64,000 nt of DNA, from positions 3,879-67,878 of the forward strand of contig CAYNND010000003.1 of NCBI GenBank assembly GCA_964398775.1. The letters are read 5' to 3'. Under the pieces are notes generated by a model. The model made no database searches. It was not told the origin of the DNA and saw nothing but the letters and a program-made list of their open reading frames with translations. The translations under genes were made by a program, and so were the position numbers. Within the stretch, counting starts at the first letter, position 1; every line of letters starts with the position of its first letter. Source of the DNA: an uncultured Candidatus Saccharibacteria bacterium (GTDB lineage Bacteria > Patescibacteriota > Minisyncoccia > Phycocordibacterales > UBA2100). Of this stretch, positions 8,036-18,085 are shown piece by piece.

Positions 8036-9282
8036 AGCAGCATATAAAAAAAGCACTGAAGCCATTCCTCCCGTGGTACCACTGGGCGCTCCCGCGCATC
8101 GGTGCCCTGCGCTACGGGTTCCCGGCACGCAACATACACATCATTGCGGTGACAGGTACTAAAGGTAAATCGACAACCACAGAACTCATCGCAGCAATCC
8201 TCCGTGCAAGCGGTGCAAGGGTTGCTGTTTCAAACTCGGTTCGCTTTTCGATTGCAGATACTACCGTCAGCAATACCATGCGCATGTCCACACCCGGCAG
8301 ATTCTTTCTTCAGAAATTTCTCCGTGACGCACACTGCGCGGGATGTACCTATGCGGTCATTGAAACAACATCAGAAGGTGCTCGGTTTTTCAGACACCAT
8401 GCTCTCTCGATGAATGCGCTTGTTTTCACAAACCTTGCCCCAGAACACATCGAATCCCACGGCTCATTTGAGCACTACAAGCAGGCAAAACTCTCAATTG
8501 TCCGCGAGCTTGCTCGTTCTGCTGAGCGTCCTCGTATACTTGTCGTAAACGGTGATGACCCACACGCTTCAGATTTTTTGAACTTTCCAGTTGATATAAA
8601 GAAAACATATTCCCTGCGCGATGTACCTGGATATGAAGCTGATGATTGCCATATACGTTTTGCATGGGGAGACGCAACCATCGAGAGTATCCTTCCCGGT
8701 GAATTTAATCTGTATAACATGCTCGCAGCAGCAACACTCGCGCGCGAACTACACATTCCCGATGAAACAATCGCAAAAGGTATATCTTCAGTGGAAGAGA
8801 TACCCGGACGTTCACAGTTTGTGAGAGAAGGACAAGCATTTGATGTTGTAGTTGATTATGCGCATACAGTTGAATCACTTGATGCGCTTTACCGCGCATT
8901 TGGTACTCGTCGAAAGATTGCGGTGCTCGGTAAGTGTGGCGGTCACCGCGATAAAGCGACTCGCCCACTCATGGCCGCTAAAGCAGAAGAGTATTGTGAC
9001 GTAGTCATTCTGACTGATGAAGACCCTTATGATGAAGACCCGCGTACAATCGTCGACGATATGGCTGCGGGGATGAAATCGAAGCCAGTTATTATCATGA
9101 ACCGCCGCGAAGCAATTGCCCATGCGATTTCAATTGCACAACCAGGAGATGCGATACTCCTCACCGGAAAAGGAACGGACCCTTCAATCTGCCGTGCAAA
9201 TGGTACAGAAGAGCCATGGAATGAATTTGCAATTGCCCGCGAGCTGGTCAGTGCACATCTCAAACAGCATCCCCGTGCATAG
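8032..9282 (+). CDS. Mur ligase family protein (MurE/MurF-like) lacking the usual N-terminal domain
   Basis: 416 aa. P-loop IAVTGTKGKSTTTELIAAIL only ~40 aa from the N-terminus. Mur-ligase middle-domain region VIETTSEGARFFRHHALSMNALVFTNLAPEHIESHGSFEHY resembles MurE. Start ATGA overlaps the ruvA stop. Confidence 0.65.
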   Translation: MKQHIKKALKPFLPWYHWALPRIGALRYGFPARNIHIIAVTGTKGKSTTTELIAAILRASGARVAVSNSVRFSIADTTVSNTMRMSTPGRFFLQKFLRDAHCAGCTYAVIETTSEGARFFRHHALSMNALVFTNLAPEHIESHGSFEHYKQAKLSIVRELARSAERPRILVVNGDDPHASDFLNFPVDIKKTYSLRDVPGYEADDCHIRFAWGDATIESILPGEFNLYNMLAAATLARELHIPDETIAKGISSVEEIPGRSQFVREGQAFDVVVDYAHTVESLDALYRAFGTRRKIAVLGKCGGHRDKATRPLMAAKAEEYCDVVILTDEDPYDEDPRTIVDDMAAGMKSKPVIIMNRREAIAHAISIAQPGDAILLTGKGTDPSICRANGTEEPWNEFAIARELVSAHLKQHPRA

Positions 9283-9322
9283 TGCGCTTTTCCTTGATGC
9301 TTTTGCACCGTATACTGCATAG

Positions 9323-10225
9323 GTGAAAGACTTTCTCGCCGCAGTCTTTGTAGTCATAGTACTAATAGTTATTTTCATTGTGCTTGGCGGTGCCATGAGC
9401 TCGCTTGGATCTACATTTTCTCTTGGTGGCTGGTACCACAAATGGTCAGTCTCCCAGCCAGGAGGTGGAACACATCTAACTATCAGCGTCTCAGAAGAAG
9501 AGCTGTGGACTCCAGCTACAAAAGGAATTACGGGTATATCACCGTTCAAAAACAAAGTCGCTTTTGACACGATTGATCATGACCCGCAGCATGAAAACCC
9601 TCATGAGGAATACCTCACCATTCGTGCAAGCGTGCAAAATGAAGGGACTATTTCGTTACGTGGCTGGTCTATTGAAAGTTATGTATCACGGACGCGCATA
9701 CCACTCCCGAAAGGAGTCCTACTCTTTGCACTTGGTAGAACAAATGCAGTCGTGCATCCGGTACTTGCACCAGGTGAGTTTGCATACATAGTAACTGGCA
9801 ACTCGCCACTTGGGGACTCATTTCATACAAACTCGTGTACTGGGCAACTTGCTACATATGCGCCATTTACTCCCCCACTTTCACAAGTGTGCCCCGCGGT
9901 CGGAGATGTTGTACCACCTACTGTCGAAAATTTGCGCGTCTATGGCGAGCAGTGTATTGAGTACCTCCAGTCGCTGAGTTCTTGTGAAATCCCTGGGAAG
10001 AATGTGCCGAAGGATTTACTCCCACTCTGCCGTGCGCTTATTGAAAAAGAGATTACTTATAATCGCTGCATTGAACGAGAATACAAAAAGTATGGTTTTA
10101 AAGTGTTTAACCTCGGTGGATGGTATCTCTATCTAGAAAGCCCTGCGGAAGTGTGGAGGAATAAGTACGATGTGATTCGACTACTTGACGCTGATGGTCG
10201 CGTCGTCGACGTACTATCGTATTAG
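9323..10225 (+). CDS. Hypothetical membrane-anchored extracytoplasmic protein (possible lamin-tail-like beta-sandwich segment)
   Basis: 300 aa. N-terminal TM helix AAVFVVIVLIVIFIVLGGA. The segment ISLRGWSIESY...LAPGEFAYIVTGNSP loosely resembles lamin-tail domains. No firm family assignment. Confidence 0.4.
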   Translation: MKDFLAAVFVVIVLIVIFIVLGGAMSSLGSTFSLGGWYHKWSVSQPGGGTHLTISVSEEELWTPATKGITGISPFKNKVAFDTIDHDPQHENPHEEYLTIRASVQNEGTISLRGWSIESYVSRTRIPLPKGVLLFALGRTNAVVHPVLAPGEFAYIVTGNSPLGDSFHTNSCTGQLATYAPFTPPLSQVCPAVGDVVPPTVENLRVYGEQCIEYLQSLSSCEIPGKNVPKDLLPLCRALIEKEITYNRCIEREYKKYGFKVFNLGGWYLYLESPAEVWRNKYDVIRLLDADGRVVDVLSY

Positions 10226-10238
10226 TTCGATTTCTGTA

Positions 10239-10706
10239 TTATATTTTCGCAAGTGCGAACAAGCCAATCCCAAATGCAGTTGCTACATTGAGTGACTCTT
10301 TTACCCCCCTGAGCGGAATCTCGACGATACAATCGGCCTTTTTGAGAATTGGAGCATCGACTCCAGTAACCTCATTCCCAACAATCAATGCAAACTTTTT
10401 CCCAACTTTTGCTTTTCTGTAGTGCACCGATGTTGCATGCTGCTCGAGAGCTACAATCGTATACCCTTCACGCTTAAGCCGAGCAATGAGTGTGTGCACG
10501 GAACGAGGATGCTCCCAAGCAATACTTGCTTCTGCACCGAGCGCAGCTTTAGCAATCTCTTTTTGGGGGAAACCGAAGCGATTGACTGGGTCAGGAGTAT
10601 AGCCAGTCAAAAACATTTTTGTAACACCTGCTCCATCTGCGGTGCGAAACATAGCCCCGACATTGTGGGTACTCCGAATATTATGCAAGATACAGACAAC
10701 GTCCAT
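10239..10706 (-). CDS. trmL: SpoU/TrmH-family RNA 2'-O-methyltransferase (TrmL-like)
   Basis: 155 aa. SPOUT motifs IVGNEVTGV and LNVATAFGIGLFAL. Size typical of TrmL/CspR. Confidence 0.7.
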   Translation of the reverse strand: MDVVCILHNIRSTHNVGAMFRTADGAGVTKMFLTGYTPDPVNRFGFPQKEIAKAALGAEASIAWEHPRSVHTLIARLKREGYTIVALEQHATSVHYRKAKVGKKFALIVGNEVTGVDAPILKKADCIVEIPLRGVKESLNVATAFGIGLFALAKI

Positions 10707-10764
10707 GGGTCGAGCCTATCATATCCTTGGTGTTTTGTAATTCTGTGGTATATTCTTGACGTTT

Positions 10765-10837
10765 CCCTCTATAGCTCAGTTGGTAGAGCAGCTGCCTTTT
10801 AAGCAGTTGGTCGTAGGTTCGATCCCTACTGGAGGGA
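10765..10837 (+). tRNA. tRNA-Lys (anticodon TTT), no encoded CCA
   Basis: Acceptor CCCTCTA/TGGAGGG. D-arm GCTC-AGTTGGTA-GAGC. Anticodon stem GCTGC/GCAGT with loop CTTTTAA. T-arm GTAGG-TTCGATC-CCTAC. Discriminator A. Confidence 0.85.
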
Positions 10838-10844
10838 CATGAGG

Positions 10845-10870
10845 AAAGAGTCGCGTGAGCGACTCTTTTA
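10845..10870. terminator. Rho-independent terminator between tRNA-Lys and the guaA 3' end
   Basis: AAAGAGTCGC-GTGA-GCGACTCTTT followed by TA. A-rich/T-rich flanks make it usable on both strands. Confidence 0.6.
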
Positions 10871-10885
10871 GTATAACGGAACATC

Positions 10886-12460
10886 TTACTCTGGCTCAGT
10901 TGTTGCAGGCGGCTTATCTGTTTCATTAAAGAGCACGGTACCAATTTTTTTATGCCGACAAAGCTGCTGTGTAATCTCTTTTCTGACCAGCGCAGGAAAT
11001 TGGACTCCTTCTGCTGTCATAAAATCTATTGTTTTTACAGCGCGTACAACAACTGGTGCCAAATACACACGCTCATCTCCTTTTACTCCAACATGCATAA
11101 CTCCAGCGGCAAGGCTAACAACAAGTTGTGACACGACCACACCTTCTTGTTTCAGAAGTGCATCGTGATGTTTCAGTACGTCGCGAACGACTGTATCCGC
11201 GTGTCGTACTATGTCGAGTCGTTCTTTTGTGACTGGCGCTCCATTGACTCGAAGGAGCAACCCAGGACCTGGAAACGGTTCGCGAGCTGCAATTGCTGCT
11301 GGGAGTCCAAGGCTTTCGGCAAGTGCACGTACTTCATATTTGAACAAATCTCTGAGTGGATGAATTTGCTCGACAGAAAAACGGAGTCCAACATTGTGAT
11401 GTGTTTTGATTTTCACACTTTCACCTCCCGCACCAGACTCAATAAGGTCAGTCGCGAGTGTCCCTTGTGCAATGCAGAGCGCTGACTTTTTCCCGCCAAT
11501 TTTTTGTACCGCACGGGCAAAGGAGCGCTTATATACTTCACGGAAAGCCGCTCGCTTCGCCTCTGCGTCAGTAGTCTTTTTGAGGGTATTGAGCATTTCT
11601 TTTTCAACATTCATGATAGTCAACGTGACGCCCGCAGCTTTTGCTGCTGCCTTCACGTGCGCTATCTCTCCCTCGCGAAACTGTCCTGCATCAATACATA
11701 CAGGAAATACTCGTTTCGGCCCAACCGCGCGTCGAATAAGCGCCGTTAACGTAGTCGAGTCGACACCACCACTAAACCCTATGATGACGCGCTTATCTGC
11801 AGTATCTGCTGCGATTCCTTTGATTATCCCTTCTTTAAATGCGTCAGCATCCCAATCTCGCGCACAACCTGCAATATTTTTCAGGAAATTACTGAGTATG
11901 GTTTTCCCCTCCGGGGTATGTGTTACTTCAGGATGAAATTGCACTGCGTACAATTTTTTATCAGCGTTTTGAATAGCCGCACATGAGTACGTATCAGCAG
12001 CAGCAATTGCCTCAAAACCTTTTGGAAGTTTTTGAGGCGTATCGCCGTGACTCGCCCAGACACTTTGTTCTGCGGCAGTATTCTTAAAAAGTTCTACGTC
12101 TTTTGTGATTTTGATTTTCGCTGGACCATATTCTGCATGCTCACGAACATGTGCGACAACACCCCCAAAATACTTAACCATGTATTGCATGCCATAGCAG
12201 ATACCAAGCACTGGGACCCCCTTCTTCCATAGTGATGCTGGTGGTTGCGGTGCTTGCGGGTCGTTAACACTTGCATCACCTCCCGAAAGGATGATTGCAT
12301 CTACTGCATATGTTTTAAGCCAGCGTTCAGCTTGGTGTGGATTGAGTACTGCTGAACGAAAGCCAAGCTCACGGAGGGTACGGGCAATGACGAGTGTGTA
12401 CTGCGAACCGAGGTCGATAATAAGAATGCGGGGATGTACTCCCTGTGTATGACCCTTCAT
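10886..12460 (-). CDS. guaA: GMP synthase (glutamine-hydrolysing)
   Basis: 524 aa. N-terminal class-I glutamine amidotransferase domain (GICYGMQ catalytic Cys region, HPEV). Followed by an ATP pyrophosphatase domain (SGGVDSTT P-loop) and a C-terminal dimerisation domain. Confidence 0.9.
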   Translation of the reverse strand: MKGHTQGVHPRILIIDLGSQYTLVIARTLRELGFRSAVLNPHQAERWLKTYAVDAIILSGGDASVNDPQAPQPPASLWKKGVPVLGICYGMQYMVKYFGGVVAHVREHAEYGPAKIKITKDVELFKNTAAEQSVWASHGDTPQKLPKGFEAIAAADTYSCAAIQNADKKLYAVQFHPEVTHTPEGKTILSNFLKNIAGCARDWDADAFKEGIIKGIAADTADKRVIIGFSGGVDSTTLTALIRRAVGPKRVFPVCIDAGQFREGEIAHVKAAAKAAGVTLTIMNVEKEMLNTLKKTTDAEAKRAAFREVYKRSFARAVQKIGGKKSALCIAQGTLATDLIESGAGGESVKIKTHHNVGLRFSVEQIHPLRDLFKYEVRALAESLGLPAAIAAREPFPGPGLLLRVNGAPVTKERLDIVRHADTVVRDVLKHHDALLKQEGVVVSQLVVSLAAGVMHVGVKGDERVYLAPVVVRAVKTIDFMTAEGVQFPALVRKEITQQLCRHKKIGTVLFNETDKPPATTEPE

Positions 12461-12469
12461 CGGTCTATA

Positions 12470-13720
12470 CTACCACAGGCACGTTTTGAAAATACAGAGC
12501 GATGTACCTGTCTCATCAGCTTGGTTTGTGATGCGAAAGCCGTCTGTATCAGGAGTTTTTTTCGGCTTAAATATACAACTTGCACGCGCAACGACTTTGC
12601 GACTTGCATAACAGTCAATAGCAAAGACCGTCGAACGGAGTGGTAGTTTCACCTCCACAGTTCCAAGTGGCAGCTTTCGAGAATTAAACCCCCTCCCTTC
12701 TGTGGTCATTTTACCGCTGTACATATTTCCACATGACCACTCGATGGTAACCGTATGTGCGTCACTACGCTGCACGCAGCGCATCATTGGTTTTTTTCGC
12801 TCTGGTTCCTCTTCCTCAGTAAGAGTATCATCTACATACAAATCGGCCGCGGTCTTGGCATTTGATACTCCTGACTGCACCCCAGTATTCATCCCAGTAG
12901 CGCTCGTACTTATGCTATTTGTAGTTGGATATTGTTGTTGTGTGTACGGGTTTTGCTGTGGCTGTGTTTGATACTGTGGTGATTGTTGCATCTGCTGTTG
13001 CGTTTGGGGTTGCTGATACTGTTGCGCTGGTGTAGTCGCCCATTGTCCATCTTCTTGTGCGCCTGTCGGCATGATGTTTTGGACAACACCTTCAAGTGGT
13101 GTCCCACGAGCTGCTTCTTGAAGTATTTGACCTGTCGCAGTATGCAAAACTCCTCCAGGTGTTTGTATATTGGCGCCATTCTTGAGGAACGTCTGCAACA
13201 TGGTACGGACGCCAGGGTCAGTAATCTGCGCAATACCTGAACTTGAGTAGCCAGGACCCCATGCTGCGACTGCTTGTCGATTATCGACATGAAACTTATT
13301 TCCATTGTAGTATCCGAGTCCACCAATGCAGCGATTCTTGCAGCAGAGCCCTGCAAGCAGTAGCTGCCCAAAACGTTGTGCATTTCCTTTGACGACAACA
13401 TCAACTGCCCGCCCCTGCATGTGCTGGCTTTGTGATGCACCTCCAACTGAGGCGTTGTGCTGCGGTGAACGATATCCTGAGGTTACAGTGCATGCAGTAT
13501 TTTGGTTTGTGCGAATAAGCTGCTGAACATCTCCTCCCATCGCTGCGCATGCATTTATAACAATATCTGACGTGTACGTGTCGGCACCTAGCAACTTAGC
13601 TCCGTGCGTACCAGAAACTTCTTGCGGGCATGCAGGATTTTGAGCAGACCCAGCAGCATAGGCAACAGAAGTTGAGTTGAGCGCGAAAAATACTAGTACA
13701 AATATTGATTTCATATGCAA
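12470..13720 (-). CDS. Secreted Peptidase_M15_3 (MepK/YcbK-like LAS metallopeptidase) with Q-rich linker and one copy of shared C-terminal domain A
   Basis: 416 aa. Signal peptide MHMKSIFVLVFFALNSTSVAYA. LAS motifs SGYRSPQHNASVGGASQSQHMQGRAVDVVV and GLGYYNGNKFHVDNR. Linker QQYQQPQTQQQMQQSPQYQTQPQQ. C-terminal MMRCVQRSDAHTVTIEWSCG...FAIDCY...ASC is domain A of the paralog family. Confidence 0.75.
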   Translation of the reverse strand: MHMKSIFVLVFFALNSTSVAYAAGSAQNPACPQEVSGTHGAKLLGADTYTSDIVINACAAMGGDVQQLIRTNQNTACTVTSGYRSPQHNASVGGASQSQHMQGRAVDVVVKGNAQRFGQLLLAGLCCKNRCIGGLGYYNGNKFHVDNRQAVAAWGPGYSSSGIAQITDPGVRTMLQTFLKNGANIQTPGGVLHTATGQILQEAARGTPLEGVVQNIMPTGAQEDGQWATTPAQQYQQPQTQQQMQQSPQYQTQPQQNPYTQQQYPTTNSISTSATGMNTGVQSGVSNAKTAADLYVDDTLTEEEEPERKKPMMRCVQRSDAHTVTIEWSCGNMYSGKMTTEGRGFNSRKLPLGTVEVKLPLRSTVFAIDCYASRKVVARASCIFKPKKTPDTDGFRITNQADETGTSLCIFKTCLW

Positions 13721-15246
13721 AAGTTAAATACGCACAGTTTTCGCGGCGCTTCAGTGGCGCCTGTTTTTTGCGCCCCGGTGACAAATGACTCATCTGCTGG
13801 TTTTTCTGCAGAGACAGTTATCGTGCACTGCGCTCTCCCGATGAGCGTTTCACCATCATAGCAGTTAATACCGAGCATCGTTGTTTTTGCAGGACGGACG
13901 CGAATTGAGCCCAGAGTATTACCTTTCGAAGAGAACCCTATACCTTCACTTCGGGTTGCCGTTCGGCCGCACGACCATGCAAGTGTTGGGGCCGCACCTC
14001 GCAGTATCTTCAGCGGAACACAGCGGATTTTTGCATCACCAAATGTTTTTATCGTACTTTTTTTCTTTTCAGTCGACGTTTCGTCATCTTTTACTCCAGA
14101 AACACTCCCCCCAAGAGGATCATAAAATGTAGTGTCTTTATTCTCTCCCGTTGCGCCTATTACTTTCTGCTCAGCTTTCTTTTGTGCCGTCACTTGTTTC
14201 TTTTTTTCTTCTTCCTTCCACGCATCATCCTTGGCGAATGGATTCTTCCCGCCATCTTTTGGAAGTGGCTTGTTTGGGTCTAGAAATGAAGGTTTTGCAT
14301 CTTTTTGGAGCCGGTCAAAATCTGATTGCTTCCATTGACTTGCTCCTGGGTTGTAATTGCTACTTTGTACGCCGGTCGGACTTCCTGATTGACCACTGCT
14401 TGGTTGTTGCGATTGACCGCTTTGCTGATAGGGCTGCTGCCCTTGCCCGAGAGCTGCAATTTGCTCTGCTGTTGGGCCTTGACCAGGGGCTAAGTTGCTC
14501 CCATCAACACAAATTGAACCGACTTGGGTAGCAGCACGAACAGCTCGCCTGTTTGGAATGAGCATCCCAGCTCCTTTCAACTGCTGAGCAGCTTGTGCCA
14601 TCTTGGCAGCACTCACAGAATCTTGATACTCTGCAGCAACGACAGGAATACCCTGCTGCACAAAATAATTATACTTACCGCAATCTCCATTTTTTGCGCA
14701 ATCTTCTTCGAGAACCATTGCTATATTTTGTCTGTACTGCGGATACTGTTGCAATAATTTTACCCATGCACCTTCATCGTTTTTTATGACAACCTTGAGG
14801 CCATATTTCTGCCCCATATCGACCATGAAGCGTAAATCTTCGGGGGTTACTTTCTCTGCAGTATTGTCCGGTTCAAATGCTTTAAATCCTCTTTGTGCAG
14901 CTTGTTGCAATAATCGCTCAGTTCGAGCTCTGCCAGCAGGATGCCGCGCGAAATCTACCCATGGCTCGTTCCAGCCACCTTCACTTGCAGAACCACGATT
15001 TCCAGTCGCTCCTGCAGGACAATCACCCTGACATCGACCAATGTTTGTATACGCGACAGGGAAGACTCCTGACGGTGCATTACACTTCGATGAGTCGACA
15101 CTGCATGCCGCAGTTGCACCCGCACAGTCGCACCCACCAAGGTTCCACCCAAATGAGCCACATTTATTTCCTGCAGGAGTATTTGCTGCATATGCAGGCA
15201 GTATGATGCATATGCTGAGCAGACATGCACTGACAAGCAATTTCAT
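13711..15246 (-). CDS. Secreted protein with TIM-barrel glycoside-hydrolase-like domain (tentatively GH114-like), S/Q/G-rich linker and shared C-terminal domain A
   Basis: 511 aa. Signal peptide MKLLVSACLLSICIILPAYA. Central region with FEPDN, KVVIKNDEG and VVAAEY segments, tentatively hydrolase-like. Low-complexity linker QGQQPYQQSGQSQQPSSGQSGSP. C-terminal KIRCVPLKILRGAAPTLAWSCG...GINCY...AQC is domain A. Confidence 0.55.
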   Translation of the reverse strand: MKLLVSACLLSICIILPAYAANTPAGNKCGSFGWNLGGCDCAGATAACSVDSSKCNAPSGVFPVAYTNIGRCQGDCPAGATGNRGSASEGGWNEPWVDFARHPAGRARTERLLQQAAQRGFKAFEPDNTAEKVTPEDLRFMVDMGQKYGLKVVIKNDEGAWVKLLQQYPQYRQNIAMVLEEDCAKNGDCGKYNYFVQQGIPVVAAEYQDSVSAAKMAQAAQQLKGAGMLIPNRRAVRAATQVGSICVDGSNLAPGQGPTAEQIAALGQGQQPYQQSGQSQQPSSGQSGSPTGVQSSNYNPGASQWKQSDFDRLQKDAKPSFLDPNKPLPKDGGKNPFAKDDAWKEEEKKKQVTAQKKAEQKVIGATGENKDTTFYDPLGGSVSGVKDDETSTEKKKSTIKTFGDAKIRCVPLKILRGAAPTLAWSCGRTATRSEGIGFSSKGNTLGSIRVRPAKTTMLGINCYDGETLIGRAQCTITVSAEKPADESFVTGAQKTGATEAPRKLCVFNFCI

Positions 15247-15301
15247 TACTCTATTCTATCGTGTTTTTTACTCTAGCTGACCATCCGTCCACATCCAACA
15301 C

Positions 15302-16735
15302 TTATATTTCATCAAGAGGATCTTCGAAGATTGTCTGTACTTGGTTTGTTTGTCCTGTATTATTTTTTTGTTTTGCTTCATCATACAATACATCCTCTTC
15401 GATAAGTGTTACCGTCTCTGTTTTTGTGAAAACGTCAGTACCAGTTTTTGCTTTACACTTTATCGTAAATGTTTCTTCATTATCAATGGACGCAGATGAT
15501 ACTCGCCCACTCTTATCCGAAGAAGCGACTCCAGGACCTGTCACTGTACAGGAGCGCGCGTTTTGTGATGACCATACAACCTCTACAGTCTCTCCTGGAT
15601 ATACCTCTTGTGGCTCTACACTGAAACGCACAGATAACTTGGCGGTTGGTTTTGCTACTTGTATTTCGCAGGATTGCTTACCGACGACAACCGCACCTTT
15701 TTTACACTGGACGGTGTAGCGAGTTTTTTGTTGCGGTTTTACAACTGAAGAACCACTTGCTTCACCCTTTGTGTTAAGCGGCGCAAATGAGTTTGAAGAA
15801 CTCCCTACTGAGCGTGTCCCTGCAGGACACTCCCATTCAATACTTACTGATTCTCCTTTCGTAACTGACTCGGGATCACAAGTAAGCGTTATGCCACCTT
15901 CTGCTCCAGGGTCAGTAATTGCTGACTCCTCAGGTTTTTTTTGAAATGGATCTTGTTGCTTCATCTCAGGTGGCATACCTTGTTCCCCAGAGCCAGCCCC
16001 AGGCTGTCCTCCTCCGCTTGGTTGTTGTCCCGTCTGTGGACTGCCTTGCTGGTCTTGACCGCCTGGTGGTTGCTGCCCACCTCCTGGTGGTTGCTGCCCG
16101 CCCTGTCCTGGGTCTGCAATCGGACCACCACCTTTACACGGTGGAGTAGAAGGACTGCATGCCGCCTGACGATGTTCAATACACTGAATATGAGGACCCC
16201 AGTACGGGAAATGGAGCTGGTATTGCCCGGCAAGTCGCTTCAACACATCAACGCAGTTAACGTCAACTGCAAGTCCGTACTGATGGCAGGACTTCCCCGC
16301 AGGAGCACAACCACTCCTTCCACCACCACACATAGATGCCTGTTTTGCAGCACTTCGATAGGCACTGTTTATGCGAGGCGAGCAGCCAGAACGTGCTGCT
16401 GCATCGAAAAGCTTTGAAAGTCTGCACGCCAGACCTGAGTTGATTCCCCCTTGCCCATTCGGACCTGAAGGTACGCATTCGTTTTGTCGAGTGCATCCAT
16501 ATTTTGCGAGTGCTTGGAAGGGGTCTGTATCGCAACCACCATTTAAAATTCCCTTGTCTGAGGCTGTCGCATTGCTCATATCAATTCCCATTGAATTTAC
16601 TTGCGCGGTCTGCATTGATTCATCAGAAAACTCTTGAGTGAGGGTCACCAAAGATACGTCACCTCGAAGTGAGGCCGCGCCAACGACAAGCACTATTGCG
16701 AGCGTCGAAAAAAACCATGCGGTTTTATGCATCAC
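15302..16735 (-). CDS. Secreted VanY/M15B-like D,D-peptidase domain protein with G/Q/P linker and C-terminal A+B module
   Basis: 477 aa. Signal peptide MMHKTAWFFSTLAIVLVVGAASL. Motifs SAYRSAAKQ, SCHQYGLAVDV and LHFPYWGPH. Linker GGQQPPGGGQQPPGGQDQQGSP. C-terminal LTCDPESVTKGESVSIEWECP...YTVQCKK...QSC plus LSVRFSVEPQEVYPGETVEVVWSSQNARSCTV...FTIKC. Confidence 0.7.
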   Translation of the reverse strand: MMHKTAWFFSTLAIVLVVGAASLRGDVSLVTLTQEFSDESMQTAQVNSMGIDMSNATASDKGILNGGCDTDPFQALAKYGCTRQNECVPSGPNGQGGINSGLACRLSKLFDAAARSGCSPRINSAYRSAAKQASMCGGGRSGCAPAGKSCHQYGLAVDVNCVDVLKRLAGQYQLHFPYWGPHIQCIEHRQAACSPSTPPCKGGGPIADPGQGGQQPPGGGQQPPGGQDQQGSPQTGQQPSGGGQPGAGSGEQGMPPEMKQQDPFQKKPEESAITDPGAEGGITLTCDPESVTKGESVSIEWECPAGTRSVGSSSNSFAPLNTKGEASGSSVVKPQQKTRYTVQCKKGAVVVGKQSCEIQVAKPTAKLSVRFSVEPQEVYPGETVEVVWSSQNARSCTVTGPGVASSDKSGRVSSASIDNEETFTIKCKAKTGTDVFTKTETVTLIEEDVLYDEAKQKNNTGQTNQVQTIFEDPLDEI

Positions 16736-16780
16736 TCTATTCTACCAAGTATTTATCGTCCTGCGTCGACATACCCACAG

Positions 16781-18082
16781 CTACAATGCATCTGCAGGGT
16801 ATTCACTGTCTTGCGTATCTGTGTAAAAACGAACTGTCGCTGTCCGTGTAATCTTCTGTTGTTTTTGCTGACCAATACAAGTCAGTGTATATGTGACGTC
16901 GCGAGTAATCTCTTCCGTCGTGACACGACCTGACATGTCTTGCGAAGACACATCAGGGCCAGACAATGTACAGCTTTTTGCGTTAGCACTACTCCATGTT
17001 AGCTCAACGCGCTCTCCCGGACGAACCTCACTTGGGCGGGCCGATAGTCTGACACTCAGTGTTTGTTTTTGAGCGATGACCGGTATCGTACATGAACCTG
17101 TCGCTACTACTTTATTTGCCTTCACACAGGAAATGGTAAATGTTGTTTTTGATTTTGGCGCAACCTTCAAAACACCTTCCATTTTATTTTTTGTGTTGAA
17201 TGATGCCAGGTTCGGCTGAGCATGACTTCGTGATTGAGAAGCAGCGGGACACTTCCATGAAATTGAGGCTGAACTCCCCGGTGTAATTGTTGCAGGGGTG
17301 CACTCTATTTCAATATCGCCGCTCTCCTCTACAGGCGCTTTTGATTCAGCAACATCAGAGGCTTTCCCGTTTTGAGACGCAAGGAAATTATTTGGATTCT
17401 GACCAAATGATGTGCCCTGGCCTTGTTGAGTACCAGTTTGCTGTTGCGGCGTTTGCCCTGAAGCGGGAGGCTGCCCTTGCTGGCCTGTCGCATCCTGACC
17501 TTGTCCAAAGGATGCAGTATCTTGACCAGATGGAGGTGTCTGTGCCTGACATGCTGCATCGCAGCTACCCATTTGAAAATGCACTGGATCTCTCCCTCGA
17601 ATAGTAGGTGGATTAAAAATGCCGTACTGCGAACTAATTTGGTGTAGTTTTGTATAAATAGCAGCAGGACCTACATCTACTGCGAGACCTCTTCCATGAT
17701 ATGAACGGCCAGGTGGGGCTGCCAAACCACCACCGTTTTGATACCGCGCATACGCAGCGGCTTGTTCTTGAACACTTCGAAACGAATCATTTATGCGCGC
17801 ACGCACTCCTGTTTGCTGTTCTGCTGCTTGAATAGCTTGCATGACACGTTGACCAAACTGAGGGTTAAGTTGACGCATACGTCCGCATGAGCGACCACCG
17901 CATCGCGATTCAAGAAATTGAATCCAGTCTCCGTTTTGCGCGCCGAGCAGGTTCGTATCGCCTTGCATGAGAATTGTATCTTTGGGCAAGTTCAATGATT
18001 TAATTATTTCTGCGTGCGCAAAAGAAGAGGATATACACGCAATGCAAACAAATATTGATATATACGCAGTGGTGTATTTCAT
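16781..18082 (-). CDS. Secreted VanY/M15B-like D,D-peptidase domain protein with Q/G/T linker and C-terminal A+B module
   Basis: 433 aa. Signal peptide MKYTTAYISIFVCIACISSSFAHA. Motifs NDSFRSVQEQ, SYHGRGLAVDV and DPVHFQMG. Linker QGQDATGQQGQPPASGQTPQQQTGTQQGQG. C-terminal IECTPATITPGSSASISWKCP...FTISCVK...GSC plus LSVRLSARPSEVRPGERVELTWSSANAKSCTL...YTLTC. Confidence 0.7.
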   Translation of the reverse strand: MKYTTAYISIFVCIACISSSFAHAEIIKSLNLPKDTILMQGDTNLLGAQNGDWIQFLESRCGGRSCGRMRQLNPQFGQRVMQAIQAAEQQTGVRARINDSFRSVQEQAAAYARYQNGGGLAAPPGRSYHGRGLAVDVGPAAIYTKLHQISSQYGIFNPPTIRGRDPVHFQMGSCDAACQAQTPPSGQDTASFGQGQDATGQQGQPPASGQTPQQQTGTQQGQGTSFGQNPNNFLASQNGKASDVAESKAPVEESGDIEIECTPATITPGSSASISWKCPAASQSRSHAQPNLASFNTKNKMEGVLKVAPKSKTTFTISCVKANKVVATGSCTIPVIAQKQTLSVRLSARPSEVRPGERVELTWSSANAKSCTLSGPDVSSQDMSGRVTTEEITRDVTYTLTCIGQQKQQKITRTATVRFYTDTQDSEYPADAL

Positions 18083-18085
18083 AAG

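Noticed and set aside
10707-10764. Possible mobile-element footprint next to tRNA-Lys and tRNA-Ser
   Set aside because: No integrase, direct repeats of tRNA 3' ends or transposase genes were found near either tRNA.
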